Origin: Candidatus Omnitrophota bacterium
GTDB taxonomy: Bacteria > Omnitrophota > Omnitrophia > Omnitrophales > Aquincolibacteriaceae
Direction: 5' to 3'
NCBI GenBank assembly: GCA_049324575.1
Contig: JBMONI010000020.1
Location: forward strand, 1 to 56,878
DNA length: 56,878 nt
Positions 44,322 through 52,154 of this stretch are shown one piece after another (position 1 is the first letter of the stretch; every line of letters begins with the position of its first letter). Made by a program: the position numbers and the translations under genes. The notes beneath the pieces are model-generated. The model saw only the letters and a list, made by a program, of their open reading frames with translations. It was not told the DNA's origin and searched no databases.

Positions 44322-45181
44322 ACGAGAACATCCTCAAAACCATTTTTCTTCTGACCCTCCTGACCTGCCTGATGGTCCTTTTCGGGGCCGCGTTCGGCGG
44401 GGGGAGCGGTGCCCTGACCGCTTTTCTTTTTGCCTGTGCGATCAACTTTGCGAGTTACTGGTTCAGCGATGCCATCGTTCTTTCGATCTACCGGGCCCAG
44501 CCGCTGGATCCGGGTTCCTGGACCGGCGTCCATGAATCGGTTCGGGAACTGGCCGACGAAGCCGGCCTGCCGATGCCGAAGCTCTACCGGATTCCGTCCG
44601 CCGCGGCGAATGCGTTCGCCACAGGGCGTGACCCGGCCCATGCAAGCCTCGCGCTTACCGAGGGGATTCTGGAACTGCTTTCGCCGGAAGAGCTCAAAGG
44701 GGTCGTTGCGCATGAGCTCTCGCATGTGAAGCATTACGACATCCTGATCGCCAGCCTGGCTGCTACCTTGGCCGGGGCCGTGACCCTCATGGCCGATTGG
44801 GCGCGATGGATGTTCTTTCTCGGCGGCCACCGGAGCAGTGAAGAGCGCGAGGACAACCCACTTGTGCTTCTGCTGATGGCGTTCCTGATGCCGATCGCCG
44901 CGGTCCTGATCCAGCTTGCGATCTCGCGGAGCCGCGAATACGACGCCGACCGCGAAGGGGGACGGATGACGAAGAACCCTCTGTATCTTGCGAGCGCGCT
45001 TCAGCGCATCGACGCTCACGCGCGCCAGATCCCCATGCGCGAGATCCAGCCGGCTTCAGCCCATCTCTTCATCCATCATTCCGAGAGATCCCATCCGCTT
45101 CAAGCCCTCTTCAGCACCCATCCTCCGCTGGAGGAGCGGCTTGCGCGTTTGGAAGCCCAAGCGCGGGCCATGGGACTGTGA
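44318..45181 (+). CDS. htpX: Membrane zinc metalloprotease HtpX
   Basis: ANAFATGRDP, HELSH (HExxH), SRSREYDAD, LFSTHPPLEER. Confidence 0.95.
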   Translation: MNENILKTIFLLTLLTCLMVLFGAAFGGGSGALTAFLFACAINFASYWFSDAIVLSIYRAQPLDPGSWTGVHESVRELADEAGLPMPKLYRIPSAAANAFATGRDPAHASLALTEGILELLSPEELKGVVAHELSHVKHYDILIASLAATLAGAVTLMADWARWMFFLGGHRSSEEREDNPLVLLLMAFLMPIAAVLIQLAISRSREYDADREGGRMTKNPLYLASALQRIDAHARQIPMREIQPASAHLFIHHSERSHPLQALFSTHPPLEERLARLEAQARAMGL

Positions 45182-45306
45182 GACCGGCCCAGTCCTTCGA
45201 GAGGAAAAATTTTTGATTTTTTTCTTCGAGCCCGATATAATGCCGAAAAGTTTTCATCGATCGTCATTAAGTTTTTCAAAAGCAAGTTCCCATAAGGAGG
45301 TTTGAA

Positions 45307-45621
45307 ATGGCGTATGTGATCACTGAAAAATGTCTGGGCGAACGGTACGCGACCTGCGTGTCGGTCTGTCCGGTGGATTGTATTTATCCGGGCGAATACA
45401 AGGGGCAGGAATTCATGGTCATTGATCCCCAGGTCTGCATCACCTGCGGCGCATGCCTTCCGGAATGTCCGGTCGGTGCGATCGTCGAAAGCGAGGATTA
45501 TGACGCGGCTTATGCCAAGATCAACGCCGAGCTTTCTCCCCAGTTCAAGGATAATCCCAAAGTGACCGAGCGGGCGAAGAACGATCCGCCGAAGAAAGCC
45601 GGCAACAAGCTCGTCAATTAA
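45307..45621 (+). CDS. Ferredoxin (FdxA-like, 7Fe type)
   Basis: CLGERYATCVSVCPVDC and CITCGACLPECP; SD AAGGAGG. Confidence 0.9.
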   Translation: MAYVITEKCLGERYATCVSVCPVDCIYPGEYKGQEFMVIDPQVCITCGACLPECPVGAIVESEDYDAAYAKINAELSPQFKDNPKVTERAKNDPPKKAGNKLVN

Positions 45622-45651
45622 AAGCCTTTTAAGAGCCGATTTTTTTACTGA

Positions 45652-45690
45652 CCGTAGGGCAGGTTTAAACCTGCCCTGCGGTTTTTTTTG
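45652..45690 (+). terminator. GTAG-type REP-like hairpin, probably acting as a terminator
   Basis: CCGTAGGGCAGGT-TTAA-ACCTGCCCTGCGG followed by a T8 run. Confidence 0.7.
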
Positions 45691-45754
45691 AGGTTCTATT
45701 TTTCCGGGACTGTTCCTTTGACTTTCCCGGGAAAATCAATAAGATAACCGCATC

Positions 45755-46768
45755 ATGATCCTCGGCCTTACGGGAAAGAACGGTTCCGGCAAAGGCGAAG
45801 TTGCGAAATTCCTCAAAGAACGCGGCTTCCAGTATTACTCGCTTTCCGATGCTCTCCGCGAAGAAGCGGCCTGTGAAAAGGTCGAGGTCACACGCGACAA
45901 TCTCATCCGGCTTGGCAACCGCCTTCGTGCGGATTTCGGCCCTGGCGTCCTTGCCGAGAGGATCTTTCAGCGCCTGGACCCCGAAAAGAACTATGTGGTC
46001 GATTCCATCCGCCATCCCTCTGAAGTCCAGGTCTTCCGCCGCCGCAAGGATTTCACGCTGATGAACATCCAGGCCAACGTCGAAGCCCGTTTCGAGAGGC
46101 TTTGCGCGCGGCGCCGGGAGAACGATCCCACGACGCTCGAAGCCTTCAAAGCGCTCGAGGCGAAAGAGGCCAAAGGTGCAAATGCGAGCGACCAGCAGCT
46201 CGACGCGGCGGTCCATTTGGCCGACCTGACGGTCGAGAACAACGGTTCGCTTGAAGATCTCCACCACCGGCTCAAGAAGATCGTGCTCGATCTGACGCGT
46301 AAACAGCCGCGCCCGAGTTGGGACGAGTATTTCATGGGAATCGCCAAGGTGGCGGCCTTGCGGTCGAACTGTGTCAAACGGAAGGTGGCGGCCGTGATCG
46401 TCAAGGATATGCGGATCATTTCGACGGGTTACAACGGGACTCCTCGCGGGATTAAGAACTGCAATGAGGGCGGTTGTCCGCGCTGCAACAGTATGGGGGA
46501 GTCCGGCAAGGGGCTCGACGAATGCCTGTGCTCGCATGCGGAGGAGAACGCGATCGTCCAGGCTGCCTATCACGGCGTCGGGATCAAGGATTCGGTCCTT
46601 TACACGACCTTTTCCCCCTGCCTCAACTGCACCAAGATGATCATCAATGCCGGGATCCGTGAAGTGGTCTATAACGAAGAATATCCGATCAGTGAAGTTC
46701 CGATGAAGCTTTTGGCCGAGGCGCAGATCCGGGTCCGGAAATTCAAGATCGACCACGGCCGCGGCTGA
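45755..46768 (+). CDS. P-loop nucleotide kinase-like domain fused to dCMP deaminase (ComEB-like)
   Basis: N-terminus GLTGKNGSGKG...VVDSIRHPSE; C-terminus RPSWDEYFM, RSNC..RKV, TGYNG, HAEEN, PCLNC. Confidence 0.88.
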   Translation: MILGLTGKNGSGKGEVAKFLKERGFQYYSLSDALREEAACEKVEVTRDNLIRLGNRLRADFGPGVLAERIFQRLDPEKNYVVDSIRHPSEVQVFRRRKDFTLMNIQANVEARFERLCARRRENDPTTLEAFKALEAKEAKGANASDQQLDAAVHLADLTVENNGSLEDLHHRLKKIVLDLTRKQPRPSWDEYFMGIAKVAALRSNCVKRKVAAVIVKDMRIISTGYNGTPRGIKNCNEGGCPRCNSMGESGKGLDECLCSHAEENAIVQAAYHGVGIKDSVLYTTFSPCLNCTKMIINAGIREVVYNEEYPISEVPMKLLAEAQIRVRKFKIDHGRG

Positions 46769-46809
46769 GACGGACGCCTTGCGGTTTCCCGTATACTGTT
46801 ATCATCCTT

Positions 46810-48009
46810 ATGGAACCGGCATCTCCTCTCCAGCGTAAAAGTTTCGGCCTCAAAGAAGCCGTGCGTCCGGCCTTGCAAGCCGATTATCACAGCGCTCTCA
46901 TCGACCGGATCCGCGCGAACGGGGCCCGGCTCAAAAAGGGAAGGGTTACGGTCCGGCTCGCCAAGGAGTTCGGATTCTGCTACGGGGTCGATCGCGCCAT
47001 CGACTACGCGTATGAAGCGCGTGCGAAATTTCCCGGCAAGCGGATCTTCCTCACCAATGAGATCATCCATAATCCGCAGGTCAATTCCAAGCTGAAGGAG
47101 CGCGGCGTGAGGTTTTTGTCGGGGCCCTATGCGGACGGGACGGGGATCGGCTCGATTACGCGTGAGGATATCGTGATCATTCCCGCATTCGGCACGACGA
47201 CAGGGGCGTTGGCCAAACTCCAGAAGATCGGCTGCGTGCTGGTCGACACGACCTGCGGCTCGGTGATGAGCGTTTGGAAACGCGTCGAGTCCTATAGTCG
47301 CGACGGATTCACCTCCCTTATCCACGGCAAATACGACCATGAAGAGACGCGCGCCACCTGTTCGCGCGCGCTGCTCCATCCCGGCGGGAAATATATCGTG
47401 GTCCGGGATATGGCTCAGGCCGAAAAGGTATGCGCCTATATTCGCGGAGAAGGGGATCGCAAGGCATTCCTTGCGGAATTCGCCGGAGCGGTTTCGGAGG
47501 GTTTCGATCCGGACCGGGACCTCGAGCGGATCGGGTGCGCGAACCAGACGACCATGCTTTCGAGCGAATCCATGGAGATCGCCGACCGGGTTGCTTTTGC
47601 TTTTACAAAACGTTACGGCAAAGAGGATCTCGCCGCGCGGTTCCGGCATTTCGACACGATCTGCTCGGCCACCCAGGACCGTCAAGATGCGGTCCTCGCG
47701 CTGGCCTGTGACGGCGTCGCATTGATGCTCGTCGTGGGCGGCTACAACTCAAGCAATACCGGGCATCTGGTCGAAATATCGCTGAAACATTGTCCGGCCT
47801 ACCATGTGCAGGACGCGGCCTGTCTCCTTTCCGCCCAGGCGATCCGGCATAAGAACGTCCATGATGTCCGTATCATCGAAACCCGGGACTGGCTTCCTCC
47901 GGGAGAGATCACGGTCGGCGTAACGGCCGGGGCTTCGACCCCGAACCGGGTGGTAGAGGAAGTCATCGAAAGGATCTGGCAGGTGGCCGGAGCCCAGGGA
48001 GAAACATAA
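46810..48009 (+). CDS. ispH: HMBPP reductase
   Basis: FGFCYGVDRA, IIHNP, AFG, DTTCG, HEE, NQTT, DTICSATQDRQ, VGGYNSSN, AGASTP. Confidence 0.95.
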   Translation: MEPASPLQRKSFGLKEAVRPALQADYHSALIDRIRANGARLKKGRVTVRLAKEFGFCYGVDRAIDYAYEARAKFPGKRIFLTNEIIHNPQVNSKLKERGVRFLSGPYADGTGIGSITREDIVIIPAFGTTTGALAKLQKIGCVLVDTTCGSVMSVWKRVESYSRDGFTSLIHGKYDHEETRATCSRALLHPGGKYIVVRDMAQAEKVCAYIRGEGDRKAFLAEFAGAVSEGFDPDRDLERIGCANQTTMLSSESMEIADRVAFAFTKRYGKEDLAARFRHFDTICSATQDRQDAVLALACDGVALMLVVGGYNSSNTGHLVEISLKHCPAYHVQDAACLLSAQAIRHKNVHDVRIIETRDWLPPGEITVGVTAGASTPNRVVEEVIERIWQVAGAQGET

Positions 48010-48012
48010 GCG

Positions 48013-48273
48013 ATGGAACCCAAGGTGAAGATCTATACGACCCAGTATTGCCCTTATTGTCGGAAGGCCAAAGACCTGCTCGCCCGGAAAGGCATCCGTT
48101 TTGCCGACTATGACCTTACGAATGATGAAGAAAAAAAGGAAGAAATGATGGAAAAGACCGGCTGGACCACGGTTCCCATAATCTTTATCGGCGAAGAGTT
48201 CATCGGCGGGGCCGACGATCTTTTTGCGCTTGAAAATTCCGGACAACTTGACGAAAAACTCCGCAAAATCTGA
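48013..48273 (+). CDS. grxC: Glutaredoxin 3-like
   Basis: CPYC, TVP.IFI...FIGG.DD. Confidence 0.92.
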   Translation: MEPKVKIYTTQYCPYCRKAKDLLARKGIRFADYDLTNDEEKKEEMMEKTGWTTVPIIFIGEEFIGGADDLFALENSGQLDEKLRKI

Positions 48274-48376
48274 GCGAAAAAGCCCCTCCCGCGGTTTTTT
48301 AACTTTCCCGGCTTTTAGGCCCGCCCGGCCGCCCCTTTAATTGCCCCTCCTTTGACACTAAAAAAAAGCTTTAAGA

Positions 48377-48394
48377 AACGGCAATTTTGCCGTT
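48377..48394. promoter_or_regulatory. Palindromic candidate operator
   Basis: AACGGCAA-TT-TTGCCGTT (perfect 8-bp arms) between TTGACA (48352) and TATTAT/TATAAG (48394-48402). Confidence 0.4.
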
Positions 48395-48448
48395 ATTATA
48401 AGTAAAGTCCGGGTAATCTTTCCATGGCTGGATCGCACAGGGAAGGGG

Positions 48449-48907
48449 ATGCTCATGAAAGAGACCACCTTATTGCGCAAGGTCTTTGAACTGGTGAAAG
48501 CTTCCGGTGTCTTTCAGAAGAAATGGGACTCCGAACTCATGGACGATCTCTTCCGCATGCATGACCGCCGCTGGCTTTATTGTTCCTTCCGTGGGAGCGA
48601 TCTCCTCGCGGTTGCCGGAGCTTTCCGGATCCCCGAATGGGATGACCGGTATTTCAATGAATTGCCCGAGGTCGACGAAGGGGAGATCCTCTATGTCCCT
48701 TTCCTGGTCTCCACTGCCGACGAGCCCCTTGTGCCGCTACGTCTCGTGAAATTCTGCCTGCGCGAGAACGCCTCGATCAAAGAGATCATCTATTACAAGA
48801 AATACCCCGAAGAACGGGGACGCCGCGTCGCGCTCCGCTCACGCTTTTCGGTCCAGGAGGTCAAGCCGGATCTGGATCTTTTGGCCGAGTCGGTCGCTTT
48901 GTCCTAG
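48449..48907 (+). CDS. Hypothetical protein, possibly GNAT/HlyC-like fold
   Basis: SD GGAAGGGG, host-like codon usage; weak pattern resemblance only. Confidence 0.6.
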   Translation: MLMKETTLLRKVFELVKASGVFQKKWDSELMDDLFRMHDRRWLYCSFRGSDLLAVAGAFRIPEWDDRYFNELPEVDEGEILYVPFLVSTADEPLVPLRLVKFCLRENASIKEIIYYKKYPEERGRRVALRSRFSVQEVKPDLDLLAESVALS

Positions 48908-48999
48908 AACTTTCATACCGGGATTTCTTCGACTCCTTCCAGAGCTTGTTTTGTTGTCCTGCTTCATTCCGCCGGTCTTTTGTGATATTTTAATGGCTT

Positions 49000-49809
49000 A
49001 TGGAAGAAAGAGTTTCTATCCAGGCGCGCATTGAGAAAGCCGCTGCGCTTGAGCGGCAGGGACATGAATATCGCGCGCAGTCGAAGATCCACGAGGCTTT
49101 CAGGGCTTTCGATGAGGCGGGACATCTTTACCGTTCGGTGGGGGATCATCTGAAGGCCTCGGTTTGCTTTGCCTCGGCCGGGACTTGTTGGAATATCCAT
49201 ACCGGCTGGCAGCCTCTGCAACGTGCTGCATTGCGCCATCAAATGGCGGCCGAAGAGGCTATGAAAGCCAGCAGCTATGACTACGCGAACTCCCTTTTCC
49301 AGGATGCCGCGCTGTTGTTCGAAAAGGAAGGGGATTTCTCGGCTTATTCAAACTGTTATATCAAGTCCAAAGTCGCATGGCGCAAACATCTCTGGGCAAT
49401 CGTGTTTGGCAGCAGAGCGGGTGACGTTTGCAGCGATCCCAGGCATCGATCGTTTGGCGAGCGAGTGACCGCTTTTTTGAAATGCATCTTCAGTTTGGCC
49501 AGCTATCTGCTCTGGGGACACGGGGAGAAACCCTTTCGGACCTCTGGGTGGGCGCTTCTTGTGATCGCTGGTGCGACCGCGTATTATGACCGTACGGGGC
49601 TGCTGGTGAGTTCGGGAGGGGAGCGGATCGGTGACTTCTTCAGTGCGCTTTATTTCAGTGTGGTGACCTATACGACTGTTGGGTATGGCGATCTGCTAGC
49701 GCTTGAGGGGGCGCGATGGGTTGCCTGTTTCGAAGCTTTGGCCGGGATCGTCCTGACACCGCTTTTTTTGATCTCGTTGAGCCGCCGCTACCTTCGCATG
49801 TCACGCTGA
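49000..49809 (+). CDS. TPR/SNAP-like repeat protein fused to a 2-TM potassium channel pore
   Basis: Helical Ala-rich repeats, then WGHGEKP.R, TM, YFSVVTYTTVGYGD selectivity filter, TM. Confidence 0.85.
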   Translation: MEERVSIQARIEKAAALERQGHEYRAQSKIHEAFRAFDEAGHLYRSVGDHLKASVCFASAGTCWNIHTGWQPLQRAALRHQMAAEEAMKASSYDYANSLFQDAALLFEKEGDFSAYSNCYIKSKVAWRKHLWAIVFGSRAGDVCSDPRHRSFGERVTAFLKCIFSLASYLLWGHGEKPFRTSGWALLVIAGATAYYDRTGLLVSSGGERIGDFFSALYFSVVTYTTVGYGDLLALEGARWVACFEALAGIVLTPLFLISLSRRYLRMSR

Positions 49810-50011
49810 GAAAGAAAGCCATTAGCGATGAAGCCATGGGGTGCGCGGCCTTATGAAAATCTTCAATCGATATATGCGGCTCGGTTCTTTCTGCTAACGC
49901 CTGATTTTGTGTCGGCCTCCTCTTGCACCGTTGTTTATAATTGATTCGGCATTTTTTCCGGGGTAAGATACCCGCCCTGGAAGAAGCCATTTTTTAAGGA
50001 GGATCCAAGGG

Positions 50012-50200
50012 ATGATGAAACCTTCGCAATGCCCGTTCTGCGGCCGGGTGGTCGACCGTGAAATGCTGGCGGCCGGTGTTTGCAGTGAATGCGGCGCCGA
50101 GCTTGAGGAGAATGAAACGGAAGAGCGGGAACGCGGGGATCTTTTGGAAGAGGACGACGAGGACGGTAAATCCCGCCGGGAGGATGAAGAAGACCTCTGA
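50012..50200 (+). CDS. 62-aa zinc-ribbon microprotein with an acidic tail
   Basis: SD AAGGAGG; CPFC...CSEC; C-terminal Glu/Asp-rich tail. Confidence 0.7.
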   Translation: MMKPSQCPFCGRVVDREMLAAGVCSECGAELEENETEERERGDLLEEDDEDGKSRREDEEDL

Positions 50201-50340
50201 CCCGTTTTGCCTTGCGTGCGTTCTTTCGCCTGCTTTGGGCGGAAATCGTTTTGATGAATAAACCGGGATCCCCTCCCGTCTAAGAGAAAAAAAGATCCCA
50301 CGTTCGTTTTTTGTTCCCCTAACCAGAAAGGAGCCATAAG

Positions 50341-50820
50341 ATGGCAAAGAAAATAGCGATGTTCGTCGCATTGGTCATGCTTCTTTCCGCAACGCATGTT
50401 TGGGCGGAAGAAGGGGCCAAAAAGCCCTGGTGGCAGTTCGGCAAGGCCAAGCGAGCTGAGATCAAAGAAGCTCATAAGGCCCGGCATCAGGAAATGAAAA
50501 AGAACCGGGAAGAGTTCCGCGAGGAAGCCAAGGAGGCTCGGAAGGCATGGAAGGACATGACGCCGGAGGAGCGAAAAACGGCTGAAGAGGAGCTCAAAGC
50601 CAAACGGGAAGCGTTCAAGACCGAGCAGGCCGCGACCCGGGATGAATGGAAAAAGAAAAGAGAAGAGATGAGGGCCGAAACGAAGGCTGAGATCGAAAAG
50701 AAGAGAGAAGAATGGAAGCAAAAGCAAGGCAAAGCCGAAGAAGCAGCTTCCGAAGGAACGGCCGTGACCGAAACCACGGCGACGGAAGCGGCCGAGGCGG
50801 TCGAAACGGCAGTTCAGTAG
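50341..50820 (+). CDS. Exported Lys/Glu/Arg-rich helical protein
   Basis: SD AAGGAG, signal peptide ending VWA, highly charged helical body, terminator downstream. Confidence 0.75.
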   Translation: MAKKIAMFVALVMLLSATHVWAEEGAKKPWWQFGKAKRAEIKEAHKARHQEMKKNREEFREEAKEARKAWKDMTPEERKTAEEELKAKREAFKTEQAATRDEWKKKREEMRAETKAEIEKKREEWKQKQGKAEEAASEGTAVTETTATEAAEAVETAVQ

Positions 50821-50842
50821 ATCCTGTCCGTTATGTTTCTGC

Positions 50843-50878
50843 AAGAGGGCGGCTGAAACCAGCCGCCCTCTTTTTTTT
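50843..50878 (+). terminator. Rho-independent terminator
   Basis: AAGAGGGCGGCTG-AAAC-CAGCCGCCCTCTT plus T tract. Confidence 0.88.
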
Positions 50879-51003
50879 CATGGGATCCCGCCTCGGGGCC
50901 TTGATTTCTGAGGTGTCTATGGAAGCGGAGGCCCAGGGACCTGCTCCAATCTTGCCTCTTGAAAGCCTCTTTCCATCCTTTATAATCGCAGGCGGAGCGT
51001 TCC

Positions 51004-51747
51004 ATGAATATCCGCGGCAAAACCATCCTTATTACCGGAGCCGCCGAGCGAATCGGCCGCGCGATCGCGCTTGCGATTGCCAAATACGGCGCGACCATCC
51101 TCATTCACTACAATCGTTCGCATACAGCGGCGCAGGCGCTTAAACGCGAGATCCAGAGCATGGGGTATGAGGCGGAGTGTCTGCAGGCGGATTTCAGCAG
51201 GAAGAACTTTGCGAAAATCCTGCGGGTTTTTCTCGAGGATCTTGGAAGATTTCACCGGCCCGTCGATATTTTGATCAATAACGCCTCGGTTTTTGCTCCG
51301 GCCCCGCTCGAAACCCTTAGCGAAAAGGATTGGGACAGCACTTTGAATATCAACCTCAAGGCGCCTTTTTTGCTGGCGGCGGAACTGGGCAAGAGGATGA
51401 AGGCCCGGCGGTCCGGCAAAATCATCAACATTGTCGATTCCTCTTTGGGCCGCCCGCCAGTCCGCTATTTGCCTTATGCGGTCGCCAAAGCGGGCCTCCA
51501 TGCCGCGACGGTGGGTCTTGCGCGGGCCCTGGCCCCTTATGTCCAGGTCAACAGCATTGCGCCAGGGCCCATCCTGCCGGTCCGGGGAGCCAGCGCGAAG
51601 CAGAACCGTCTTGCGGCGGAGCGGACGCTTCTGAAAAAGTTCGGGAGTCCCGCGGATATCGTGGCGGCGGTCCAATTCCTGGTGCAGGGGACCGATTTTG
51701 TGACCGGGGCGCTGATTCCGGTCGATGGAGGAAGCGCGGTCGCGTGA
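51004..51747 (+). CDS. SDR-family pteridine reductase (FolM/PTR1-like)
   Basis: TGAAERIG, IHYNRS, NNAS.F, YAVAK (YxxxK), VNSIAPG, VDGG. Confidence 0.82.
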   Translation: MNIRGKTILITGAAERIGRAIALAIAKYGATILIHYNRSHTAAQALKREIQSMGYEAECLQADFSRKNFAKILRVFLEDLGRFHRPVDILINNASVFAPAPLETLSEKDWDSTLNINLKAPFLLAAELGKRMKARRSGKIINIVDSSLGRPPVRYLPYAVAKAGLHAATVGLARALAPYVQVNSIAPGPILPVRGASAKQNRLAAERTLLKKFGSPADIVAAVQFLVQGTDFVTGALIPVDGGSAVA

Positions 51748-51752
51748 ATCCC

Positions 51753-52154
51753 ATGTTCAAGATCGAACGAAAGATCCATTTTAGCTATGGGCATCGGATC
51801 ATGAAGCACGAGGGCCACTGTTCCCATCTGCACGGTCACAACGGCCGGGTCCATATCGAGATCGCGAGCGAAAAACTAGACGCGCTGGACCGCGTGATGG
51901 ATTTTTCCAGGATCCGCGACTCGATCGGACGGTGGATCGATGGCGAGTTAGACCACAAAATGATTCTTTGGGAAGAGGACCCGCTGGCTTCGGTCCTTCA
52001 GCAGGCCGGCGAACCGGTGGTCCTGATGAAAGAAAATCCTACGGCGGAAGCCATGGCCCGGTGGATCTTTCGCGAGGCGCGCCGCATGGGACTTCCAGTC
52101 ACGAAGGTGTCTTTCTGGGAAACGGAGCACTCATGCGGCATGTATGAAGAATAG
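51753..52154 (+). CDS. queD: 6-carboxytetrahydropterin / 6-pyruvoyltetrahydropterin synthase (QueD/PTPS family)
   Basis: FSYGHRI, CSHLHGHN, DF, LDH, NPTAE, WET. Confidence 0.85.
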   Translation: MFKIERKIHFSYGHRIMKHEGHCSHLHGHNGRVHIEIASEKLDALDRVMDFSRIRDSIGRWIDGELDHKMILWEEDPLASVLQQAGEPVVLMKENPTAEAMARWIFREARRMGLPVTKVSFWETEHSCGMYEE

